DNA from: Octopus vulgaris
Lineage: Eukaryota
Assembly (NCBI GenBank): GCA_951406725.2
Contig: OX597821.1
Coordinates: 56,420,001-56,484,000, forward strand
DNA length: 64,000 nucleotides
Direction of reading: 5' to 3'
The translations under genes and the position numbers were made by a program. This document shows positions 12,401 through 25,633 of the stretch, piece by piece. The stretch's first letter is position 1. Each line of letters opens with the position of its first letter. Under the pieces are notes generated by a model, which did not search any database, was not told the DNA's origin, and worked only from the letters and a program-made list of their open reading frames with translations.

Positions 12401-13835
12401 CTGAATGCATATCTGGCCTATGTCACTTCCTTGTCTATCGTTATATATATGATCTTTGAGATGTGTGTAGGAATCTACTCTTACTTCCTTTTGATGAGTT
12501 TTGACATAAAAGTTTTTCTGCTTCAACTTTTGCAAACATATCAACTTCAAATTGATGGAAGAGGTTTTGCCTTCTGTGAAGATGATTGAAGGAATTATCT
12601 CTCATCATAAAATGGTATGCATAAAAATCTATACATGAAACATGTTTTCTGGTATTATTTCCAAACTGTGGAATACCGAAATGATATCCATGATCACCAT
12701 ATACAAATAGTAGGGGATATTGATGGCTATCATAAGATCTGTGAGTTTCACATACACGTTTCAGTGTATTATCTTTTGAATGAAGAATTATGTCCCTATT
12801 GTCAAAACTTTCATCAGCCATAATAAGTGCGACTTAGTTACATGTTGGTAAATTGAATCGCATAACATGCTCATCGGATGGTCTTTTATCTGCATAAATA
12901 ACTACTCGAAATTCTGTTGATGAACTTTTCTCGATGGCTGCTTTAAAACTCCGTATGTATGCATTGTTTCCATGTAGCATTTCTTGTAGATTCCTGATTA
13001 TGATTCTACTTACACCTTGGTTAAGGTTGCACCTAACTTCTGTTTGATCTTCTTGTCCTCCAATGAAATATATTTGTAAGTATTAGGAATCTTCATGCTG
13101 TAATGGCAACAATCTTCCAATTCTATGATGAATTCGACCTTGAATTTTGAATGTAGACATAAACCCACTTTCGCTTACTATATTTGCACCAAAAGATGTC
13201 GTCATGAATGCATTATTGTAACGCTGTATGTTTTGAAAAAAGAAAGGGGGTTTGATTCTGGATTTGAGCCCAATGGGTGATCTTTTAATTGCTGTGGTGG
13301 ATCAGCAAGAACTGGTAATCGGATCTTTCCATTACTACAACACATACCTGGGGGTTCGTGAATCCATTTCTTGGCATCGCAGTCATCACATAGTAATGAC
13401 AGGGATCCTATAGTAACAGTGCCTTGCGAATTATATGCATAACTAGGATTATAATTGAATGCAGCCATTTTCCAATCTTCAGTAGTAAAAGGAGGCAGCC
13501 TAAATTATTGATGCCTTAATCTGTTTGTTATCCTCCTAGTGTTGAGCTCGTCCTGAGTTACAAGTTGCCTGGCTGCTGCAGTCCGTTGAGTATTCATTTT
13601 CACTCTCCTCCCATGTAATTCTGGAGTTTCAGGTTGTCCTGCTGCTGCATTTCGTTGGGAATTTAATCTTCGTCTTCTTTCTGCTTGTTCTTGACTTTGT
13701 AAGGCTCGTAGGCCTGCATGTATTTCAGTATCTATTCTCAGTCTCTTGGTCCGCTGAACGTCATTTTCTTCAGTTCTTTCTGTTTTCCTGCGCTGAGATT
13801 GCTTAGGTAGTCCGAATCTAATTTTTTGGAGGCAT
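9430..13835 (-). mobile_element. Decayed autonomous Helitron Rep/Helicase gene (frameshifted, with stops)
   Basis: Fragments in the expected order: Zn motif 'CDDCDAKKW..EPPGMCCSNGK' (13202..13468); 'ETHRSYDSHQYPLLF'; HUH motif 'IEWRKRGLPHAHILL' (~12130-12175); 'MVHGPCG' and Y2 motif 'YVCKYIN' (11034..12023); Walker A 'LDAPGGT' (~10670-10700); Pif1 motifs 'GGVTVLLSGD', 'LCNGTR' and '[11 protein letters not shown]'. Confidence 0.95.
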
Positions 13836-14379
13836 TGTAGTAGGGTGAATTAATCTATATTTTCAACATCATTCAGCAGGCCAAGCAGAGATATGAAAGA
13901 TATGGAAAAGATCTGATAAAAATTACGGATTAGTTTTCTGATTTTAATTTCATAAATATCGAAGCTATTTGAATATCAGATCTATTTGAATATTCTCACT
14001 ATAGACTTGCAACGTAATTTTATGCATTGGGAAAAGAATATTTTAATAAGCAAAATACATTTAGTTTACCATATCACCGTCAATTCGAACACTTGTCTCA
14101 CCAGTTGAGCGTGAGTAGCTCTGTGTTAATCTAAAGAATATATAATTATATATACATATAATTGGACATATTTCCATAATTAGGTGGACATCGAATTTAT
14201 AACATTGGTACATGTTATCGGAAACCACATCTATTATCAATTGTACAGTTATCAATTTAACTTACGTTGACTGTAGCATGCATACCCATTGTTATTTACA
14301 CTTTTTTCTCATAGAAATGTTTAAGGAATCATCTTTTGATAGTGTCTATGTCTATTCTCCCTGCAAGATGTTCTGGGGT

Positions 14380-16150
14380 TCCCTTCACCACCAGATCCAT
14401 ATTTCGTGCATTTTTATTTGTAATATCATGAAGTAAAAGCTTCAATTTGAACATCAGAAATTTCAACATTTTGCAACGTGTCTTTCAACTTATCATCTGG
14501 ATGTAATATTATCAATATATGGGCATGTAGCAAACCTCATTTTTGAAATTCAGTGGTGTACAAATGAGTTACAACTCTACCAGAAACGTACATTTTTGTA
14601 ACATCATCCAAAAGTTGTTTTAGTTTCAGTTTGAAAGACCTTGCTACCGGATCTGCTCTGCTTGATGGATTTTGTCCATGAAATGAGTTATATTTGATTT
14701 CTGGTCAGTTTGGATTAGATGATATTGTAATGAAAATATCAGGTTTTCCATGTGGACATACTATCGCCTTTGCGTCATGATAACGTTCTTGTGTGTTTTG
14801 TGGGGATCCTTAGAACGAAGGCAGAAGAATAAGTGTGCGTCCAGTCTGAATTCCAGCATCTTTAGCAATATTATTTAAATGCTGAGCTAAGCCGCTGTAA
14901 AGTTTGTTTAATTTGTTTGATAAACCGTCATTTCTTTTGTTTTCTATTCGTCAAAGTTCTTCCTTGTCATTTGCAACTGTTTCTAACAAAACAAGCGACT
15001 GACTGTTTTAACCAACAATTTGAATAAACAATCGATTAGTTAGTTGGATATTTAACAAATTGTCTAATAATAAAGTAGTGAACTTGAAGCATTAGCTGTG
15101 TGAGTAATGTTGGTGTAATGACTCTCCCTAAACACAACGAAATTATATGTCATTGGGTCCAAATTTGGACTCAAAATATTGAGATTAACCATGATATATC
15201 ATCATTTGTTGGATAAACTCGAAAATCTCTATTGAATGGAGACTCTCCATCTGAATTTCTAAAAAGCATAGAATTTTCATCCACTGCTATATCTTCTCTT
15301 ATCTGTGCTATGGTCTCTGTTAAAAGCAATATTTACTATAGGTATAGGTCTATCGTCTTGGCATGCACGTTCTTCTTTCTCAATTTCAACTTCTTTAATA
15401 GCTTTAAAGTTTGCTGCACAGACGTTGATTTTTATGTATAACTGTTCAATGTTGTCATTATTTCAGGTATACTTTTTTTATTTGAATTATTCCCTGTTCC
15501 TGCATTATGAGCTTCTGCAGCATCGACGGTATTTAGTTAGTCATTAGCTGTTTTGTTCTCCATCAATTGGATGTGTATGTGATGTTCCATGATACAGTTT
15601 TCCATGAGTTCTTCCAGGAGATTCGGTCAAGTGTGCGCCCATCGATGTAAAGGGCAATGCAAAGTCATACGACCTGATATTTCCTTTGAAATTATCATAA
15701 TAACGATTATTGGGATCTGATATTAGAGATTTCAAGTGTCGCTTCGAACTGAAGGAAGCAATTTTCCTTTATGGCAGGAATAGTTAAAGTTGTCGTCAGA
15801 CGGCCGTTCACATAGAAAATGTTTGGCCATGCAAAACTGATAAACGAAATTCATATTTCCAGAATAATGCTGTTCAAGGTCTCCCTCATTGTATGTAGAA
15901 TTATAAACTCCTTCTGTAACATGGTCTTCATGTCGAGTGGCTTTCATTCTTTCGGCACCCTGCTGCCATCTGTTGTTGCACTGATTTTCATCTCTCCGTT
16001 GTTCATGTTTTCTGCTCCTCCAAGCATATTTCTTGCAATCGCTTGTTCTTTGTTTTTCATTTGGAATCAGAAAGCAACTGTATCTCTGGTTTGAATGCTT
16101 TCTTTGTCCTTTTGACTTTTCACAATTAGCTTTTCGTTTAGCTCCTAATT
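14380..16150 (-). mobile_element. Second, different decayed Helitron Rep fragment
   Basis: 'QFCMAKHFLCE..SCHKGKL', 'NIRSYDFALPFTSMGA', 'GKPDIFITISSNPN' and HUH motif 'YTTEFQK*GLLHAHIL' (~14515-14560). Confidence 0.85.
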
Positions 16151-16189
16151 TTTCTTGTATGTATGAATGTATGTGTGTATGTATGTATG

Positions 16190-16231
<42 letters not shown>

Positions 16232-16238
<7 letters not shown>

Positions 16239-16300
16239 AACTTATAAACAAGGGCAAAAGAAAATTATTTTCTTTTGGCCTTGTTTATAAGTTGTTTATA
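16232..16300. repeat. Near-perfect 69-bp palindrome
   Basis: 34-bp arms TATAAACAACTTATAAACAAGGGCAAAAGAAAAT and ATTTTCTTTTGGCCTTGTTTATAAGTTGTTTATA, one mismatch, 1-nt spacer, abutting (TA)n. Confidence 0.9.
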
Positions 16301-16390
16301 ATTTAAACCTTTAAATGTATTTTAATATGCTGCCACTTTTTTGATGAAATTTTTTTCTGTAAAAAACTTCATCCTATATATATATATAAT

Positions 16391-16433
<43 letters not shown>

Positions 16434-17204
16434 GAAATGATATATATAATATAAATTATATGCATATATACATACATATATGTACATACCTACATATATA
16501 TGTAGATATGCATGCACATATGGGTACAGGACATAAAAGAACGTAGAACACAACGAGAAACGAGACATGCAACATAAAGAATATTCCCCGTCTTCAGTTC
16601 TCCCTGTTTCATCTACTCCGCGTCGAAGGCAAGGACAATACGCAACTTCATTGAAACAGTCCTTCCTGCAAAGCAAGTTAAATAAAATTTGGGATCTTTT
16701 GCGGAGGGTGAAAGTAGTAACAAGAACAGAACTGTGAGAACAAAATAGCCAAGGCGATTGAAACGTTATTATGAACGTTAAGAAGACGAGTTTATGAGAG
16801 GAGACAGTATAAGCACGTTTTGTCTTTAGGAAGGTAGTGGGCAGAAAGATAGATTCTCTTTCGTCACGTGTCAGCGACGAGAGAGTTGAGAAGGAGGAGT
16901 GAGAGAGAGGGAACGGTGAAGAGGAGAGGAGAAGAATAGGGAAGGGTGGGAGAGAAAATTAGAAAGGATGAAGAACAAGAGAGGGAGAGAGATCGACAGA
17001 GAAGAGATAGTAGAGATAGAAGAGAGCGCATCGTAATTATTAAGATAAATATACTTGGAAAAGGATGCGTGGCGTTTGATCATATATATATATATATGTA
17101 TATATATATACATATATACATACACATATATATATATATATATATATGAATGTATATATATATATACATATATATACATACATATATATATATATATATG
17201 AATG

Positions 17205-17243
<39 letters not shown>

Positions 17244-17326
17244 GTATATATATATAAGTATGTATGTATATATGCATATATATGCACACACACACACACA
17301 AACACATATATATATATATATATATA

Positions 17327-17468
17327 CAGGGTTGGCCAAGATTTATTTATGTTAAACATCTGAATGAATTCAATGAAAGCAGCTAAATATGAAACATCAT
17401 GAAAACTGTTGAAAGTGACTCCTTCTTGAACGGCAAATTACTGCCATGTGACGTTTGGGCCAATCCTG
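17327..17468. mobile_element. Small Tc1/mariner-type MITE
   Basis: TA-flanked imperfect TIRs CAGGGTTGGCCAA and TGGGCCAATCCTG. Confidence 0.55.
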
Positions 17469-17476
17469 TATATATA

Positions 17477-18347
17477 AGAGGTCTGATCAATAAGTATCCG
17501 GAGTTTTGCCATAGTAACGACGCTAAAGCACGCAAAGCGAAGCTACTTGGTACAGATTGATCTTGAGCTTTGCTGTGCTTGGGCACTAAGTTTTAACGTT
17601 CTAATTTACTTCTGCGGTTTACAGCAGTACTTGGAAAGGAGGTGTGTTGTGTGTGATCGTAACATTGACCATGACAGAGAAAATTGAGCAGAGAATCTGT
17701 ATCAAGCTTTGCCAAATGCTTGGCGATACCAGCTCAAAGGACTACACAAAAATTTCAATACATGTTCATCGTTCGTGACACAATCAAGGAGATCTTGTGC
17801 AACTGAAGCCCAAGTGTCTTATACGTCAGTAGAAAGCAGTATTGACACAAACTTGGCAGACACTCGTCTCATACCCAAATCTTCAATGATAACGGATTGA
17901 ACTGAACCGTAGCTAATCTGCGCATCCTCTAATAACTCACGGATTGTGGCTCGACGATTTCCCCTCTCAGCTGCACGCACATCTGCAATGTTTTTCTCAG
18001 TTCTGCTGGTTGCAGGCTTCCCAGAACGTCCGTCAATATCAACATTGTTTCAATCATCTTGGAAACGTCTGGATCACTCTTACACTTCTGTGCGGCTCAT
18101 ACACTCCTCTCCATACACTTTTTGCAACTTTGTGTAGGCTTCAAGGCAGGTATCGCCATGACAACTTTCTTTTGTCATGGTCAATGCGACGATACCACGT
18201 TATACCCGTTACTTCGAAGCACTGCTGTAAGCTTCGAAAGTGAGCTGGAACGTTAAAATACTGTAAATATGCACAGCAAGCGGCTTTACTACCTGTTTTA
18301 ACTTCATTTCTACAGCAACAGTCCGGATATTTATTGATCTAACATCG
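17477..18347. mobile_element. Non-autonomous mariner made of two inverted 5' ends
   Basis: TIRs (..GATCAATAAGTATCCGGA / TCCGGATATTTATTGATC..) with TA flanks. Plus strand encodes 'MTEKIEQRICIKLC' from 17671. Minus strand encodes 'QKVYGEECMSR..RSGKP..NRRATIREL..DLGMRRVSAKFV'. Confidence 0.85.
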
Positions 18348-18990
18348 TATATCCTACATATTACTTGCTTTCTATTGGTAGTTGTCTTTCTGCGACTATA
18401 CTCAGTATATATCATAAAATGTTTGATCGTATATGAAGGCTAACTTTGCTGATGTTTATTCTTAATTTAAACGGAATAACTTACAAACACAATGACGTCC
18501 TATAAATATAGCCGATTACTGTGAGGAAAAAATACATATTTACTCCCTTTTTGATGTATGTACGTCAGGATGTTAGTGTTTTTATCCCTGCTGTTTCCTC
18601 AACTTGTTCGTTGATGGGTATATGCACGTCTATGAATTTCCGATTGCATGTGCATACATACATAAACATATTCCATGAGTCCCATCTGCCTGTCAAATTT
18701 CTTAATAACACACATTAGTTATTCCACATCATGAATATAACTTGCAAACACTCACTGAAAACAAGTCACAAACACTCACACATACACACGCATTACAGGC
18801 AACACCACACAAGCTTCACTTTCCTTATACAAACACAAAACGTATGTGTGTGTGTGTGTGTATGTGTGTGTAAAAGTGTGTGTGTGTGTAAGAGTGTGTG
18901 TGTGTAAGAGTATTGTGTGTATAAGTGTGTGTGTGTAAGTGTGTGTGTGTAAGTGTGTGTGTGTAAGTGTGTGTGTGTGTATAAGTGTGT

Positions 18991-19023
<33 letters not shown>

Positions 19024-19602
19024 CTGGCACAAATAGAAATTTGCACTTTCATATATACAGTGGTTGAATGAGAAACATAAATATTGGCTTAGCTATTTCA
19101 TTACATAATGGACAGAAAATCAAAGTCTGTGTTCAATTAAGTATCTAGTGTTGTATTTACGAAGCAGCGGGTGAGGCACTAAATACACTCTCAGCGTGTT
19201 AGTAATTTTCCCTCAGATCACGCCCTACCACATAAAATAAGGAAACGACACAAAAATGCAGTGATAAATGCCTCGCCAAATGACTGATAGGTTAAGGCCA
19301 ATACTCGTTGGATCATAGTTGACCTTGTACACGGAATCTGCAAGAAGATAAGTATCCTATAAACACATGTATTCCAAACAAACAAAATGAATCGGCGGGA
19401 GCCAATGCTATTAGTCTGGACCTTTGAATCAGAAGTGAATTCTTTCTGACCGGCTTCTTCCCAGTCCCCTCGACATGATTTTAAGCGCAAGGCTGAGATC
19501 ACCATGCCGCTAAGGTAGAGGATATTTGCAAAGTATGTCTCCGACCGGGATTGAGGCTGCCACATCATGAGGCGAAGCGAATTTTTTCATCATTCAACTA
19601 TG

Positions 19603-19665
<63 letters not shown>

Positions 19666-19805
19666 AGAGAGAGAGAGACACACACACACATATATATGTA
19701 TGTCTTAATATGTAGTCAAAATATGTATGTAGTTGCATATAGGTGTGTGTGTGTGTGAGCTTGTCTATGTACACGCATGCATGCGTATTTATACACGTGT
19801 ATGTA

Positions 19806-19975
19806 GTGGCACTCCGTCGGTCATGACGACGAGGGTTCCAGTTGAGCCTGCTCGTGAAATTAACATGTAAGTGGCTGAGCACTCCACAAACACATATACT
19901 CTTAAATTAGTTCTCGGGGACATACAGCGTGACACAGAGAGTGACAAGGCTGGCCCTTTGAAATACAGGTACTAC
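19806..19975 (-). mobile_element. SINE family C 3' fragment
   Basis: Reverse complement matches 5630-5800 (TTCAAAGGGCCAGCCTTGTCAC...GGAACCCTCGTCGTC). Confidence 0.7.
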
Positions 19976-20761
19976 AGAAACAGCAAGAAAGAGTGGGGGA
20001 AAGTTGTGGTGAAAGAGTACCACAGGGTTCGAGCGCGTGTGAGTGTGTACAATATTATTCTACTTTTAGTTTTGCACCCCTTCTCCCACAACAATTATGA
20101 CACGGTTAACAACCTCTTCGATTATATAATTACGTGCATGTATATTCCAAATACACGCATGCATATGGGATGTATTCATGTATCTATATTATGTGTGTCT
20201 ATGTTCCTGGAGGTATGGGTAAGAATACACACTCACTCACTCGTGTGTGTGTGAAGAAAAAGAGCGGTAGAGAAAGAGAGACAAAACAGAAAGAAAGAAA
20301 GAAAGAGAAAAAGAAAGAGAGAATGGCAGAGAGGATATACTAGATAATTTTATCTTTAATCTTTTTACTTCTTTCAGCCATTTCACTACCCCTCGACCTG
20401 TAACTAGTTTGGTACCAGTTAAAGTAAGAAACCCTTGGTTCTTGAGTCAATTCGTTATTTCTACTAGATAATCTTTTCTACTCTAGGCAATTTTGCGGGA
20501 GGGGGCCAGTCGATTACATCGACCCCGTTACGCACCACCTTGAGGAATATGTTGTCAAATGAACCGATCCCAGTGTTAAAGACTGTTATTTACGCAAAGT
20601 TACGGGAGCGTAAACACACAGATACCGGTTATCAAGCTGTGGTGAGAGACAAACGCTACTGAAGCACACACATTTTTTTTCATTTAAATTTTTTCCGCTC
20701 CGTCCGTCTGAAAATCTATGTATATCTACGTGCATGTGCGTATATTGATATATATATATAC

Positions 20762-20967
20762 ACTCTTTCTTTACTCTTTTATTTATTTCAGTCATTTGAC
20801 TGCGGCCATGCTGGAACACCGCCTTTAATCGAGCAACTCGACCCCGGGACTTATTCTTTTGTAAGCCCAGTACTTATTCTATCAGTCTCTTTTGCCGAAT
20901 CGCTAAGTAACGGGGACATAAACACACCAGCATCAGGGGGACAAACACAGACACAAAAACACACACA

Positions 20968-21028
<61 letters not shown>

Positions 21029-21212
21029 GTATATATATATACATATATACGACGGGCTTCTTTCAGTTTCCATCTACCAAATCCACTCACAAGGCTTTGG
21101 TTGGCCCGAGGCTATAGTAGAAGACACTTGCCGAAGGTGCTACACAGTCGGACTGAACCCGGAACCATGTGGTTGGTAAACAAGCTACTTGCCACACACA
21201 CACTCCTGCGCC
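20762..21212 (-). mobile_element. SINE family A
   Basis: Full family A sequence with central (TA)n and a CTCTTTTA-type tail. Confidence 0.85.
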
Positions 21213-21814
21213 TATATATATATATATATATGTATATGCATGCACGGGCGTATATAGATATAAATATGTGCATCCATGTACGTATATATACAGACAGGCG
21301 CACACGCATATGCTTGTTAACATGTGTGTGTGTGTATTTAGTTGCATTTATGCACTCATGCATATATACACTTGTGTAGCTTTATAGGTGTATCTATTCA
21401 TGTGTGGATACATACGTGTGTGCGTGTGTATGTGTGAACCCATAATCACACATGTACGATCATGAATGTATATATGTATGCGGATATATATGCATGCATG
21501 CATGTATGTGTATATATATATGTATGTGTGTGTGTATGTGTGTGTGTGTGTGTGTGTGTGTTTCACTCACCAGTGTTCGTTTTTCTGTGTGTGTACACAT
21601 TTTCCTTGTTTATTTATTTATTAATTTACTTATTGAACAAAAATTGAATTACCCATGAGACATTGTATTTGATTTATAATTCACTTCAGAAGTATCTCGG
21701 AAAATGCTATTATTACCGGTATATGAACTCACTACCCCTCGACCTGTAACTAGTTTGGTACCAGTTAAAGTAAGCAACCCTTGGTTCTTGAGTCAATTCG
21801 TTATTTCTACTAAA

Positions 21815-22205
21815 TATTCTTTTCTACTCTAGGCAATTTTGCGGGAGGGGGCCAGTCAATTAGATCGACCCCGTTACGCAACTGGTTATTAATTTATCGA
21901 CACTGAAATGATGAAAAGCAAAATCGATCTCGGCAGAATTTGAACTCAGAAGGTGCAGACAGACGAAATACCGATTTCTTTACTACCCACAAGGGGCTAA
22001 ACACAGAGGGGACAAACAAGGACAGACAAACGGATTAAGTCGATTACATCGACCCCTGTGCGTAACTGGTACTTATTTAAGCGACCCCGAAAGGATGAAA
22101 GGCAAAGTCGACCTCTGGGGAATTTGAACTCGGAACGTAACGGCAGACGAAATACCGCTAATCATTTCGCCCGGCGTGCTAACGTTTCTGCCAGCACGCC
22201 GCCTT
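21815..22205 (-). mobile_element. SINE family B, dimeric form
   Basis: Full unit with tail 1, then a headless second unit with tail 2. Same layout as 24054-24450. Confidence 0.85.
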
Positions 22206-22406
22206 ACTTCCGCTAAATATTAATAAAAATATATACATACTCATGTTTTGTGTTCTATTTTTCCTATTTGCGTCATCAGGCGTGGCTGTGTGGTAAGAAC
22301 TTGTTTCCAACCCTGGTTCAACCACATACTTATATATGAAGGTGTGTTTCTTCCACGCAGTTCGTCAATCCATAGAATAAGTAGCTAAACAAAACGTCTG
22401 TGTCTT

Positions 22407-22510
<104 letters not shown>

Positions 22511-22634
22511 CTTATATTTAGACAACATTTAGATATTTGTGTACTTATAGCATAGTCAAATGTAAACATGATAAATGGGGAACTTTTATATAAATATTTT
22601 GTGTACATATGTACACACACACACACACACACAC

Positions 22635-22671
<37 letters not shown>

Positions 22672-22748
22672 TATTTTCTATATGTGTGTGCAATCATATA
22701 TGTGTACGCATATGTGTAAATGTAAAGGTATTTTTGGTACGCTTATGT

Positions 22749-22786
<38 letters not shown>

Positions 22787-22836
22787 TAATATATATATAT
22801 ATATACATATATATACGTGCCTACATCTACATATAT

Positions 22837-22888
<52 letters not shown>

Positions 22889-22897
22889 AATATATAC

Positions 22898-22929
<32 letters not shown>

Positions 22930-23011
22930 GTATAAAGCTTGTTTCGCTTTATAGATATTCTTATGGATGCTTGCATAAATGTGTGAATCCCAAAATCATG
23001 TATGTACGGAC

Positions 23012-23350
23012 AAATGGGACAAAATCGCAATAGATGACAATAAAGCATCCGGACAGATAGAAGATACAAAGGCGGACAGGAAAAACAACAAATAGAGGGA
23101 CAGGAATGGGAAACAAAGACGGGTCTTTGCTGTTTCACACACCCGCTTGCTTGTTGTACACATCCGCACTTAGCTTAGACTTTTAAACAGTCTCAAGTGT
23201 AACTGCCCGAATAAATAAGGACAATGTGGAAACTTGACTGAGGAGAGAAAGCCACGAATGACACGTACTTCTTTTTTCCTGTACCTCTATTTGTTGCTTT
23301 TCCTGTCCGCCCGGATGTTTTATTGTACTTTATTGCGTTTTTGTTCCATT
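23012..23350. repeat. Fold-back element with ~75-95-bp diverged inverted arms
   Basis: GGCGGACAGGAAAAACAACAAATAGAGGGACAGGA (23071-23105) is inverted against TCCTGTACCTCTATTTGTTGCTTTTCCTGTCCGCC (23277-23311); the similarity extends outward. Confidence 0.75.
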
Positions 23351-23494
23351 TTTTTAAATATTTATGTATACATATAGCGGCGTACACATTTGCTCACCTT
23401 ATGATGTAAGTTTGTAGAAAACGTAAATCCGGAGAAGCAGCACACTTTAAGATGTATAGAGCAGTATATATTTTAATGGGGAAGACCGGTTTAT

Positions 23495-23554
23495 GGGATT
23501 ACCCTGGGTTTCCCGTCCATAAAGGGTTTAGCATTATGGCGTTTCTTCAGACCC
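23495..23554 (-). ncRNA. Type I hammerhead ribozyme motif
   Basis: Minus strand: GGGT-CTGAAGA-stem II (CCATAA/TTATGG)-GAAA-CCCAGGG-TA-ATCCC; GUA triplet. Confidence 0.6.
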
Positions 23555-23699
23555 AAAACCTATTGGTCTAAGAATTCTGAGGCCAATAGGTTACGATACG
23601 TTAGTTTGTCCAAAAGAACCGGCTATTACAAGCAAGACTAATTATTGAGTAAAACCCATTTGGCCAAATTTGAACATACGACATTTTAACATAATAGCA

Positions 23700-23735
<36 letters not shown>

Positions 23736-24053
23736 ATTTATATTCACCGACACTCTCATTTATGTCTGTGTAAGTATACACAAATTGTTTGAACTTATTT
23801 ATTTATATATTGATTGATTTATTGAACCATATAACAGGAAAACGTTTTGGAAAATATGTATTAGCCACTTGGTAATGTAAATTTATTTATGATTTGTTCC
23901 AGAAATATCAACGGAAAATACTATTATCACCATTATATAAATTCGCAACCCCTGGATCTGTAACTAGTTTGATAAGTGCAAATGCACCAAACTCTCAGAT
24001 CTTTTTTTACTGTGTTACTCCTTCCAAATACTAATGATATATATGTACATACA

Positions 24054-24450
24054 AGGCGTCGAGCTGTCAGAAACGTTAACACGCCGAGCGAAATACCTAG
24101 CGGTATTTTGTCTGCCGCTACGTTCTGAGTTCAAATTCCGCCGAGGTCGACTTTGCCTTTCATCCTTTCGGGGTAGATTAAATAAGTACCAGTTACGCAC
24201 TGGGGTCGATATAATCGACTCAATCCGTTTGTCTGTCCTTGTTTGTCCCCTCTGTGTTTAGCCCCTTGTGGGTAGTAAAGAAATAGGTATTTCGCCTGCC
24301 GCTACGTTCTGAGATCAAATTCTGCCTAGGCCGACTTTGCCTTTCATCCTTTCGGGGTCGATAAATTAATTACCCGTTGCGTACTGGAGTTGGTTTAATC
24401 GACTGCCCCGTCCCTAAAATTTTCGGGCTTTGTGCGTAGAGCTGAAAATA
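24054..24450 (+). mobile_element. SINE family B, dimeric form
   Basis: Head GAGCTGTCAGAAACGTTA, B-box GAGTTCAAATTCC, core GCCTTTCATCCTTTCGGGG; two units with different tails. Confidence 0.85.
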
Positions 24451-24570
24451 TTATACATATATGTAAACTGCACACATACAGTTATATATAAATGCACATG
24501 CACACTCGTACAAACATATATATGTTGTACGCGCGTACGTGCTTGTGTGTGTAGGTATATTTATGTGTAT

Positions 24571-24980
24571 ACTCTTTTACTTTCTTCAGTCATTTGACTG
24601 TGGCCATGCTGGAGTACCGCCTTTAATCTAGCAACAGCACCCCGGGACTTATTCTTTGTAAGCCCAGTACTTATTCTATCGGTCTCATTTGCTGCCGAAC
24701 CGCTAAGTGACTGGGACGTAAACACACCATCATCGGTTGTCAAGCAATGCTAGGGGAACAAACACAGACACACAAACACACACGCACATATACATATATA
24801 TATATATACATATATACGTCGGGCTTCTTTCAGTTTCCATCTATCAAATCCACTCACAAGGTTTTGGTCGGCCCGAGGCTATAGTAGAAAACACTTGCCC
24901 AAGGTGCCAGGCAGTGGGACTGAAGCCGGAACCATGTGCGTGGTAAGCAAGCTACTTACCACACAGCCACTCCTGCGCCT
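24571..24980 (-). mobile_element. SINE family A
   Basis: Full-length match. Minus-strand head AGGCGCAGGAGTGGCTGTGTGGTAAG. Confidence 0.85.
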
Positions 24981-25227
24981 GTATGTGTAAGACCAATATG
25001 CCAAAATGCTTTAAGAAGCATAAAAAAAGTAAGAAGTTTACGCTTTCGATTTTACTTATTGACATCTTGGGCAAGTGTCAATAAGGTCGACACATGCCTT
25101 CTGAGTTACAGCTGCAAGTCAGAAACTGCGTGTTAGACAGTCTGACGGGTCGTAAATGTAATTCAAATGCGCAAGCTGACCGCATTCTGTCGCGCTGATT
25201 CTACCCCAGAATCACATTTCTCTCTTT

Positions 25228-25633
25228 TCTCTTTTCTCTTTTACTTGTTTCAGTCATTTGACTGCGGCCATGCTGGAGCACCGCCTTTAATCGAGCAACT
25301 CGACCCCGGGACTTATTCTATTATAAGCCCAGTACTTATTCTATCGGTCTCTTTTTTGCCGAACCGCTAAGTAACGGGGACGTAAACACACCAGCATCGG
25401 TTGTCAAGCGATGCTAGGGGTCAAACACAGACACACAAACATACACATATATATATATATACATATATACGACAGGCTTCTTTCAGTTTCCGTCTACCAA
25501 ATCCACTCACAAGGCACTGATCGGCCCGGGGCTATAGCAGAAGACAGTTGCCCAAGATGCCACGCAGTGGGACTGAACCCAGAACCATGTGGTTGGTTAG
25601 CAAGCTACTTACCACACAGCCACTCCTGCGCCT
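25228..25633 (-). mobile_element. SINE family A
   Basis: Full-length match to family A. Confidence 0.85.
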
